Source: Vulcanimicrobiota bacterium (lineage in GTDB: Bacteria > Vulcanimicrobiota > Vulcanimicrobiia > Vulcanimicrobiales > Vulcanimicrobiaceae). Taken from it: DNA of 64,000 bases. The notes beneath the pieces were generated by a model. That model made no database searches. It worked only from the letters and a program-made list of their open reading frames with translations, and was not told the DNA's origin. Each line of letters begins with the position of its first letter. The stretch's first letter is position 1. Both the position numbers and the translations under genes were made by a program. Positions 55,618 to 64,000 of this stretch are shown here, one piece after another. The stretch is from NCBI GenBank assembly GCA_963733295.1, contig CAVTCS010000003.1, forward strand, positions 96,001 to 160,000. Reading direction: 5' to 3'.

Positions 55618-58600
55618 ATGCTCGTGGCCGCAAAACCACCGATCGACCTTACCAGCCTCCTCTTTGACGCGATTTCGCGGCTGCGCTTGTCCGAACGGGT
55701 CGGTGACCTGCCCAACGTCGAATCGGCGCGCACGCGTGCCCTTCAGGGCCGGGTCAAAGGCGCCAAAGCGGTCACGAGCCTCTGCCCTTATTGCGCGGTC
55801 GGTTGCAGCACGCTGGCTTACGTGAGCGACGACGGGAAGCTGCTCGACGTGGAGGGCAACCCCGACAGTCCTATCTCCGGCGGGCACCTCTGTCCCAAAG
55901 GCTCCGCGATTTTCGGTTTAACGGTAAACGAAGCTCGCTGGACGACCGTCAAATATCGCGCACCCCACTCGACGGAATGGGAAGACCGGTCGCTCGATTG
56001 GGCACTCGACCGCATCGCCGAGAAGTTCAAAGCGACCCGCGAGCAGACGTTCGTACGCGTGGGGCACGATGGGAGACGGCTCAACCACACCCTCGGCATC
56101 GCCTCGCTCGGCGGCGCGACCTTCGGAGTTGAAGAGAACTACCTCCTCCAGAAGCTCTTCAAATCGGCCGGAGTCGTGTCGGTCGAGAACCAGGCTCGAA
56201 TTTGACATAGCTCGACGGTGCCGGGTCTCGGCACCTCGTTCGGTCGCGGCGGCGCGACGACGTTCGTCCAGGATCTGGCGAACAGCGACTGCATTCTGAT
56301 CGAAGGCTCGAATTTCGCGGAGTGTCATCCGGTCGCGTTCCGTTTCGTGATGCAGGCGAAGGAACGCGGCGCGACGATCATTCACGTCGATCCGCGCTAT
56401 ACCCGCACCGCGGCACTGTCCGATCTCTACGTTCCACTGCGGAGCGGAACGGACATCGTCTTTCTCGGTGCGCTCATCAACTGGGTGCTTCGCAACGAGC
56501 GTTACTTCAAAGAGTACGTTGTCGCGTATACGAACGCGTCGTACCTCGTGCGCGAGGATTTCAAGGATACCGAAGACCTGGAGGGTCTGTTCTCGGGGTT
56601 CAACCAAGCGACGGACACGACGCAAGAAGAACGCGATCGTACCGACCTCGGCTTCATGGGCAACGATCCGCCGAAGGTAGCGCCCGGCACTTACGATCCG
56701 GTAAGTTGGAATTTCGAGATGGAAGAGGTTCCGCGCTACGACGGGAACGGCACGGCCACGCGTGCCAAGCGCGACGAGACCTTGCAGCATCCGCGCTGCG
56801 TCATCAACGTCTTGCGCAGGCACTTTTCGCGCTACACGCCACAGATGGTCGAAGACGTGTGCGGCATGCCGGCCCACTACGTCGAGCAGATCGCGAAAAC
56901 GCTAGCCGACAACAGCAACCGGGAACGGACGACCGCTTTCGCCTACGCCGTCGGTTGGACGCAGCACTCGGTCGGCGTGCAGTACATCCGTACGGCAGCG
57001 ATCTTGCAAATGTTGCTGGGCAACATGGGACGGCCGGGCGGAGGAATCATGGCACTGCGCGGTCACGCGAATATCCAAGGCGCGACCGACATCCCGACGC
57101 TTTACGACTTGCTCCCGGGGTATTTGCCGATGCCTTCGGAGCTGCGCGACGAGCAGCACCTCGCCGGCTACATCTCTAGGGCGAAACCGACCGGCTGGTG
57201 GGCGAACATGTCGAAATACATCGTGTCGTTGCTCAAGGCGTATTACGGCGACGTCGCGACGGCCGAGAACGACTACTGCTACGACTACCTGCCGCAGGTC
57301 GTCGGCGACTACTCGACCTTGCCGACCCAAATCGCGATGAAGGACGGGAACGTCAAAGGCTACTTCTGCATCGGGCAAAACCCCGCGTCTTCGGGGTTGA
57401 ACGGGGAACTCGCGCGCGCGGCGCTGGAGCGGCTCGAGTGGATGGTGAACATCGACGCCTACGAGACCGAAACCGCCGCATTCTGGCGGCGCGAGGGTGC
57501 CGATCCCGCCACGATCGGAACCGAAGTGTTCTTCCTGCCGGCTGCGGTCATTCTCGAAAAAGAAGGCACGATGACCAACACGGGTCGGACGCTTCAGTGG
57601 CACGACCGTGCGCTCGTGCCGCCCGGGGAAGCGCGCTCCGACCTCTACCTCATCCATCAGCTCGGACTGCGGCTCAAAGCGCTGTACGCCGGTTCCACCG
57701 ATCCGAAGGACCGCCCGATCCTCGACCTCACGTGGGACTACACTCACGACGATCCGCACGAGCGCGAAAGCGGTGAGCCTTCAGCGTTCAAGGTTCTCCA
57801 CGAGATCAACGGCTACAAAGTCGAACCGGGAAAGACGCGCGACGAATGCGCCCAAGTTTCCGGTTTCGCGGAGCTCAAGGATGACGGATCGACCGCGTGC
57901 GGTTGCTGGATTTATTCCGGCGTCGCGCCCAGCAAGACGCAGAACAACGCGCGCAATCGCAAAGGCGACGACTGGACCTCGCTCGGATGGGGTTTCGCGT
58001 GGCCGGCTAACCGGCGCATGCTCTACAATCGCGCCTCCGCCGATCCGGACGGGAAGCCTTGGAGCGAACGCAAGCGCTACATGTCGTGGGACGAGGACGC
58101 GCAGAAATGGATCGGCCCCGACGTTCCCGACTTCCCCGCGACCAAACCGCCGCACCAAGCGGCGCGCCACGGCGCCGGTGGACTCGACGAGCACTCGGGC
58201 AGCGACCCGTTCCTCATGCAAGTCGACGGGAGAGCGCACCTGTTTGTGACCGGGTCGCTGCGGGACGGCCCCCTGCCGGCGCACTACGAGCCGGTCGAAT
58301 CGCCGGTGCAGAACGCCGTCTACGCACAACAGAACAATCCGACGCTACGCGAATGGTTCCGCCGAGACAATGCCTACAACGGCACCGCTTCGCCCGACTA
58401 TCCGTACGTGTTGACGACGTACCGCCTGACCGAACAGTCGGGCATCATGACGCGCTACGTCCCGTGGCTTGCCGAGTTGCAGCCGGCGCTGTTCGCCGAG
58501 ATCGATCCGGAGCTCGCGGTCGAGAAGGGCATCAAGAACGGCGATTGGGTGACCGTTTCGACGAAAGTCGGAGAAATCGAAGCGCGCGCGCTCGTCAGCG

Positions 58601-58890
58601 GGCGCATGCGCCCCCTGCGTCTCGCAAAAGGTAAGCGCGTCCACCAGATCGGCCTTCCCTATAATACCGGCTGGCTCGGATATTCGCGCGGAGACACCGC
58701 CGGCGAGCTGATCCCCCTGGCGATGGATCCCAACGTATCGATTCACGAGGGGAAGACGCTCACGTGCACGATCCGGCCCGGACGCCGCAGTGCGTACGTC
58801 GCCAATGGAGAAGTAAATCTTCCGGTGCCGCCCGAGCAAAGGACGGCACATGGGGAGTCGGTCGCGCACGGCATCGACTCGAAGGGGTAG
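55618..58890 (+). CDS. fdnG: Formate dehydrogenase alpha subunit, selenoprotein (TGA 56203-56205 = Sec)
   Basis: CPYCAVGC...CPKG, ENQARI-U-HSST; the two track ORFs are in frame across the TGA; GSNFAECHP, ALRGHANIQG. Confidence 0.93.
56203..56238 (+). promoter_or_regulatory. Bacterial SECIS element
   Basis: Stem GGTGCCG (56217-56223)/CGGCACC (56229-56235) with GGTCT loop, 11 nt after the TGA. Confidence 0.85.
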
Positions 58891-58894
58891 GCGT

Positions 58895-59731
58895 TTGGGC
58901 AACGGGTTTTTCACCGACACGACGCTTTGCATCGGCTGCAAAGCTTGCGAGGTCGCGTGCAAGCAGTGGAATCAGTTGCCGGCCGACGGGTACGAGTTCA
59001 GCGGCAATTCGTACGACAACACGATGGCGCTTGGAGGAACGACCTGGCGCCACGTGTCGTTCATCGAACAGAACGCGCCGCCCGAAGCGCCTCCGACCGA
59101 GAGCCGCTGGCTCATGATGAGCGACGTGTGCAAGCACTGCACCCACGCGGGCTGCCTGGAAGCGTGTCCGACCGGCGCCATCATCCGCAACGAATTTGAC
59201 GACGTGTTCATTCAGCCCGACGTGTGCAACGGCTGCGGCTATTGCGTTCCTTCTTGTCCGTTCGGCGTCGTCGATTTGATCGTGCCCGCCGACTACGGCA
59301 TTGGGCGCGGCTTCGCTTCCGACGGCCGCACGAGCGACGACGCGCTGCAGAAAGCCGGCGGCGTCGCCGGGAAGTGCACGCTCTGTTACGACCGGCAGAA
59401 GGTCGGTTTCACGCCGGCCTGCGCCAAAGCGTGCCCGACCGAGTCGATCCAGTTCGGCGACGTCGACGAGCTGAAGGCTCGCGCGCACAAACGCGTCCAG
59501 ACGCTGCAGGCGCGCGGAGTGGACGCGTACCTCTACGGCGTCGATTCCGATTCGTCGGTCGGCGACCTCAACGCGTTCTTCCTCCTGACCGATGCACCGG
59601 AGAAATACAACCTGCCGGAACGGCCCGTCTTGCCCTCGACGCACCAACCCGCGGGATATTTGAGCGGCGCGTTGGCGGCGGCAGCGCTTGCCATCGTCGG
59701 CTTCGCAATTTTCCGGCCGGACCACCGGTGA
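58895..59731 (+). CDS. fdnH: Formate dehydrogenase beta (4Fe-4S) subunit
   Basis: CIGCKACEVAC, CKHC...CLEACP, CNGCGYC...CP, KCTLC...CP; C-terminal TM. Confidence 0.9.
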   Translation: MGNGFFTDTTLCIGCKACEVACKQWNQLPADGYEFSGNSYDNTMALGGTTWRHVSFIEQNAPPEAPPTESRWLMMSDVCKHCTHAGCLEACPTGAIIRNEFDDVFIQPDVCNGCGYCVPSCPFGVVDLIVPADYGIGRGFASDGRTSDDALQKAGGVAGKCTLCYDRQKVGFTPACAKACPTESIQFGDVDELKARAHKRVQTLQARGVDAYLYGVDSDSSVGDLNAFFLLTDAPEKYNLPERPVLPSTHQPAGYLSGALAAAALAIVGFAIFRPDHR

Positions 59732-60711
59732 GCGAGCTCGACATTCGCCGCCTCAGTCCCGACAACGCTGCGCTCGGCGTGTCGGACGGCGCGATTTTGC
59801 CGCCGCACGCGTCCGCAACGTACTACGAGCAGCCGTTGCTCAAGAAGCCGCACTGGGGTTGGAACGTCGTCACCTATTTGTTCGCGGGAGGCGTGGCGGG
59901 AGGCTGCGGCATGCTCGCAGCGGTGACGGACGAAGCGAGTGAGGACGCACCGCTCGCGCGCAACGCAATCTACATCGCGTTCGGACTGGCAGCCGCGTGC
60001 CCGGCGCTCTTGATCAGCCACCTGGGCCGCCCCGAGCGCTTCCTGCACATGCTGCGCGTCGTAAAGTTCAAATCGCCGATGTCGCTGGGCGTTTGGGCGC
60101 TCGTCATCTTCTCGAACGTCGCCACCGCCGCAGTTGCCGAACAGGCGGCGCGGGATTCGTATCTGCCGAGTTGGCTTTGTATCGTCTTTCCGCGAGGTTT
60201 GACGCGACCTCTGCTGGGCGTCGTCGGCTCGTTCATATCGGGCTATACGGGCGTCCTGATTTCGGCGACGGCGATTCCGCTGTGGGCGAAAGGCAAGCGG
60301 CACATTCCGGCGTTCTCGGTCTGCTCGGGGCTGGCGGGAGCCTGCGCGGCCAACGCGAGCGTTCTGGCGCTGACGGGCGGCGCCGAGGGTACGATTCGGA
60401 AACTCGAGCGGCTCGAACTCATCGCATCGCTCGCCGAGGCGGCCCTGCTGGCCGATTTCAAGCGGCACGCCGGAGCTCTGGGCGCGCCGATGTATGAGGG
60501 CGCGCGCGGTGCGAAGCTGCGCAACGTTACGCTGATTTGCGGCATCGCTCTGCCGGCGTTGCTCAACGTCCTTCCGTTCCGCAGCCGCTGGAAGACCTTA
60601 GCGGCCTCCGCGCTCACGCTGGCGGGCGGCTTCGTTCTGCGCGATACGCTGATCGAGGCCGGCAAGACCTCGGCCGACGATCCGCGCGCTGCCTCGCGTC
60701 AACCCGAGTGA
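59728..60711 (+). CDS. NrfD/PsrC-family membrane anchor
   Basis: YLFAGGVAGG, HLGRPERFLHMLR, SPMSLG, YTGVLI. Confidence 0.88.
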   Translation: MSELDIRRLSPDNAALGVSDGAILPPHASATYYEQPLLKKPHWGWNVVTYLFAGGVAGGCGMLAAVTDEASEDAPLARNAIYIAFGLAAACPALLISHLGRPERFLHMLRVVKFKSPMSLGVWALVIFSNVATAAVAEQAARDSYLPSWLCIVFPRGLTRPLLGVVGSFISGYTGVLISATAIPLWAKGKRHIPAFSVCSGLAGACAANASVLALTGGAEGTIRKLERLELIASLAEAALLADFKRHAGALGAPMYEGARGAKLRNVTLICGIALPALLNVLPFRSRWKTLAASALTLAGGFVLRDTLIEAGKTSADDPRAASRQPE

Positions 60712-61572
60712 ATGAAAATGATTGAAACGGGAGAGCAACTCGGCCCTTCGATCGAGGTGCGCGTCGTCGCCTACGACGGTAAGCTGCGCGCGTCGCGCTT
60801 CGATCGCGTTGCGACGGAGGAACCGCTCGAGGTTCGGTTACGCGCCGGCAGCGAGACGCGTACCGTCGCGATCACGATGCGCACGCCGGGCCACGACTTC
60901 GAACTCGCGGCCGGTTTCTTGCACAACGAGGGCATTCTCGACGAACTGGCGGCACTGCGCGGCATCACCTACTGTCTGGCGGGCGAGGCCGATGAGGAGC
61001 AGCGCTTCAACATCGTCAACGTCGATCTGGCGGCGAAGGCCTTGCCCCCGCTGGACGGTCTCGAGCGGCACTTCACGACGACCAGCGCGTGCGGTGTGTG
61101 CGGGAAAGCCAACCTCGAAGCTTTGCACTTGCGCGGGCTTGCGCCGCTCGCGCGTTCCTGGACGGTGTCTGCACGAACTCTGTTAGCGTTGCCGGAACGT
61201 TTGCGTGAAACGCAACGGCTGTTCGATACGACCGGCGGCCTCCATGCCGCCGGTTTGTTCGATCGCGACGGACAGCTCACGCTCGTGCGCGAAGACGTCG
61301 GCCGTCACAACGCGGTCGACAAACTCGTGGGCTGGGCCTTTCTCAACGGCCGGCTTCCGCTCGACGATTCGATTTTAATGGTGAGCGGACGGAGCAGCTT
61401 CGAGATCGTGCAGAAAGCGCTCGCCGCCGGCATTCCGATCGTCTGCGCCGTTTCGGCGCCGAGCAGCCTCGCGGTCGATCTGGCGCGCGAATATGGGATC
61501 GCACTCGTCGGATTCCTTCGCGGAAAACGTTTCAATGCGTACGCGCACGAGGAACGGATCGCCTTCGACTAG
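60712..61572 (+). CDS. fdhD: FDH accessory sulfurtransferase
   Basis: EEPL, MRTPG, SACGVCG, REDVGRHNAVDK. Confidence 0.95.
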   Translation: MKMIETGEQLGPSIEVRVVAYDGKLRASRFDRVATEEPLEVRLRAGSETRTVAITMRTPGHDFELAAGFLHNEGILDELAALRGITYCLAGEADEEQRFNIVNVDLAAKALPPLDGLERHFTTTSACGVCGKANLEALHLRGLAPLARSWTVSARTLLALPERLRETQRLFDTTGGLHAAGLFDRDGQLTLVREDVGRHNAVDKLVGWAFLNGRLPLDDSILMVSGRSSFEIVQKALAAGIPIVCAVSAPSSLAVDLAREYGIALVGFLRGKRFNAYAHEERIAFD

Positions 61573-61635
61573 AGCCGTGTCGCGGCGCACGGCCTCGACC
61601 AAGGACTTACAATCGAGGCCGGACAAACCGAGCGC

Positions 61636-62502
61636 GTGAAACTTCAACGCCTCGTTCTCTTTGGCGTGCTGACGGCTTTTATGTTCGCGGCGGCCATACT
61701 GGCCACGACCGGACGTGCGCGGGCCGACGCTTCCGATGCTCTGCAGCACGTGCTCGAGCAAGTGCGTTCCATGAGCAACAGCGATTTCTCGAGTATGGAG
61801 AAGTGGGCGCGAAACGGCGCTCCCAAGCCCTCCGACGCCATCTTTCAACCGCAAAAAGCCGAAGTCGACATTCTGAATCTTAGCGACGGCGACCGGAACG
61901 CGGTGCTCTACTGGCTGCAAGGTAAGGGCCGCTCCGCGTTGTACGCGCAAGGGGCGAACGATTCCCAGATCGGACCGAGGCGCGACGTCGATGCCCCCGC
62001 GGCAACGCCGAGTCCGAATGCGTGGCGCAACATCCCGCTCGCTACCGCATCGATCGAAGGCGGCAACCAAGGACCGATTCAGATCTTGGGCGGCTTCGCG
62101 GCGGTGAAGCGCGACGGCATGGCGGCCATCGCCTGCCTCTCGTTCAAGAACGTCGATCCGAGAGTCGCCAACCACATCGTCGTCGCGTTTCCGTTGATCG
62201 GCGGCGACGGGCAAAACCTCGGGGAGCTCGTGCTCGACCGGCACGGTGAGTTCTCGCCGAACGTCGACATCCTCAGCTTCAGCTCGATGACGCAGTGGCA
62301 AGGCAACAGCGTGGGTCCGACGCGCTCTTATGCGGAGGGGTGCATCCAGCGTACCCTTCCGACCGCGGCGCTGCCCTTCTTGGCCGCGCGCGCGAGCGGG
62401 TATCACGTCACGCGCGTGGACTTCGCGGACGGCTCGTCGTGGCCGCCCGCGATGGCGCCCCCACCTCCCGCCGCTGCGCCCCCGGTGCCGGCCGCGACTT
62501 GA
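61636..62502 (+). CDS. Hypothetical secreted protein
   Basis: Signal peptide ...ARA; C-terminal VTRVDFADGSSW; GC-typical codons. Confidence 0.75.
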   Translation: MKLQRLVLFGVLTAFMFAAAILATTGRARADASDALQHVLEQVRSMSNSDFSSMEKWARNGAPKPSDAIFQPQKAEVDILNLSDGDRNAVLYWLQGKGRSALYAQGANDSQIGPRRDVDAPAATPSPNAWRNIPLATASIEGGNQGPIQILGGFAAVKRDGMAAIACLSFKNVDPRVANHIVVAFPLIGGDGQNLGELVLDRHGEFSPNVDILSFSSMTQWQGNSVGPTRSYAEGCIQRTLPTAALPFLAARASGYHVTRVDFADGSSWPPAMAPPPPAAAPPVPAAT

Positions 62503-62547
62503 CGTTCGACGCTGCGTCGCACGCGTCGCGGCGGGTATAAGCGCAGC

Positions 62548-62982
62548 ATGAGAGCTACGTGGAAGCCCCATGAAAAACATGGGCGGTTAACGACCCAGAG
62601 CGATCTCCCGGACTCCGTCTACGCCTTCCCAAAACAACGCAAGGAGCCGTTGACGGACGCGAGTCACGTGCGCAACGCCATGGCGCGCATGGATCAGGTC
62701 GAGGGCGTCTCGGCGGAAGATCGCGACTTAGCCTTCGCCAACATCAAGAAGGCGGCGAAGCACTACGACGTCGAGTTGTCCGAGGGCTCCTGGCAGGACG
62801 TCGGCGTTCACCCGCAGCGGCGAACCGCCGGTGCGGCTCGTGGCCGCAAGAAGGCAGCGAAAAAAACGACGACGAGAAAAAAGACCACTGGGAAAAAGGT
62901 CGTCGCGAAGAAGACCAGCCGGGCCTCCGGGGCGGCGAAACGCCGGAAGACCACGCGCAAGAAAGCTGCCCGGAAGCGCTAG
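62548..62982 (+). CDS. DUF6582-like protein with Lys-rich tail
   Basis: LPDSVYAFPKQRKEPLTDASHVRNAMAR; KKAAKKTTTRKK tail. Confidence 0.8.
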   Translation: MRATWKPHEKHGRLTTQSDLPDSVYAFPKQRKEPLTDASHVRNAMARMDQVEGVSAEDRDLAFANIKKAAKHYDVELSEGSWQDVGVHPQRRTAGAARGRKKAAKKTTTRKKTTGKKVVAKKTSRASGAAKRRKTTRKKAARKR

Positions 62983-63009
62983 CCGGGCAGCCCTACCGGA
63001 AAGGACGGA

Positions 63010-63046
63010 CCCGGCCGGGAAACCCTGCCGGGCCGGTTCTTGTTTT
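63010..63046 (+). terminator. Possible intrinsic terminator
   Basis: CCGGCCGG-N9-CCGGCCGG followed by TTCTTGTTTT. Confidence 0.5.
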
Positions 63047-63078
63047 GGGACCGTGCATGCAAAGACCGAGGCAAGGAC

Positions 63079-63876
63079 ATGATCGACACACGCTCTTACC
63101 ACTACGTCACGCTCGATAAGAGCGACGGCGTCGCGACGCTGGTTTTGGCGAATCCCGAAAAACGCAACGCGCTCTCGCTCGATACGATGCGCGAGATCCT
63201 CGCCGCTCTCGACGACGCGGGCCGGGATTCCAGCGTCAAGGTCGTCGTTCTGCGGGCGCTCGGCCCTGTGTTCAGCTCGGGACACGACCTGCGGCAGCTG
63301 CGCTGCAGCGGCGACGCCGGCGACGTCGTTCGCTTTCGCGAGATCTTCGACGTTTGCGTGCAGATGATGGAGAAGGTTCAAAGCATCCCGCAACCGGTGA
63401 TCGCAGAAGTCACCGGGATCGCGACCGCCGCGGGCTGTCAGCTGGTAGCGACCTGCGACTTGGCGATCGCCGCGGAGGATTCCAAGTTCGCAACCCCGGG
63501 CGTCAAGAACGGGCTTTTCTGTACGACGCCGATGGTCGCCCTAAGCCGGGCGATCGGACGCAAGCGTGCGATGGAAATGCTCTTCACCGGGGAGTACGTC
63601 GACGCGCAGACCGCAGCGGACTGGGGTTTGATCAACCGGGCCGTGGCGCCCGACGTCCTGCACCAAGAAGTCGAGGCGCTGGCGCGCAAAATCGTCGCGG
63701 CGAGCGGTTTCACGATCGGTCTCGGCAAAGCTGCGTTCTACACGCAGATCGACCTCGACCAGCAGAAGGCCTATGCGTACGCTAAGGAAGTCATGAGCAT
63801 GAACGCGCTGGCCGCCGACGCGCAGGAGGGCATCACCGCTTTTCTCGAACGCCGCGCGCCGGTATGGACGCAGTAG
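63079..63876 (+). CDS. Enoyl-CoA hydratase (ECHDC3-like)
   Basis: AAGGA RBS; KRNALS, FSSGHDL, ATAAGCQLVATCDL, GLFCTTP. Confidence 0.92.
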   Translation: MIDTRSYHYVTLDKSDGVATLVLANPEKRNALSLDTMREILAALDDAGRDSSVKVVVLRALGPVFSSGHDLRQLRCSGDAGDVVRFREIFDVCVQMMEKVQSIPQPVIAEVTGIATAAGCQLVATCDLAIAAEDSKFATPGVKNGLFCTTPMVALSRAIGRKRAMEMLFTGEYVDAQTAADWGLINRAVAPDVLHQEVEALARKIVAASGFTIGLGKAAFYTQIDLDQQKAYAYAKEVMSMNALAADAQEGITAFLERRAPVWTQ

Positions 63877-64000
63877 CGCGGGCGCTCTTCGCCGGGCTCC
63901 AAACGACCTTCGCGTTTTTTTGGGAAAGCTTCTTCGGGCTCGTTTTCGGATTCCTCATCTCGGCGATCGTGCAGGTGGTCTTTTCGCGCAGCGCGATGCA
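63864..64000 (+). CDS. Permease (DUF318-like), partial at window end
   Basis: MDAVARALFAGLQTTFAFFWESFFGLVFGFLISAIVQ... Confidence 0.65.
   Translation, partial: MDAVARALFAGLQTTFAFFWESFFGLVFGFLISAIVQVVFSRSAM

Noticed and set aside
56203..56205. Nonsense mutation in the FDH alpha gene
   Set aside because: Position and downstream hairpin fit selenocysteine recoding.

Overview
GC-rich bacterial chromosomal window from a diderm organism, judged from several outer-membrane beta-barrel genes. The protein families are reminiscent of Ca. Eremiobacterota, which is an unverified inference. Left to right it contains: (1) the left end of an IS3-family (IS2-group) element inserted in a damaged DUF1810 gene; (2) housekeeping genes (GNAT, HAD-IIB hydrolase, amidase plus small partner, PaoABC/YagTSR-type molybdoenzyme, LigC-type ligase, ornithine cyclodeaminase-family enzyme, Kup, WYL regulator/VOC pair, LigB dioxygenase, aspartyl protease-PDZ, MFS); (3) a cassette of an unannotated 41-aa peptide ORF, a TPR-like protein and small membrane proteins, resembling a peptide-receptor signalling unit; (4) a ~14-kb signalling locus with two CheA-like kinases that lack CheW domains, two CheY-like regulators, CheX, an orphan solute-binding protein and three low-complexity proteins, two of which share a short ADRxxRD[YF]G motif; (5) a strongly structured intergenic element, a TM0106-type nuclease-helicase and tRNA-Val(TAC); (6) OM proteins, class A beta-lactamase, TetR/HxlR/YceI genes, S8 protease, a Cyc2-like cytochrome-porin and Nramp; (7) a selenocysteine formate dehydrogenase operon with an in-frame TGA and SECIS hairpin. 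No CRISPR array, rRNA or prophage was seen. All calls come from reading motifs by eye; no database searches were run.
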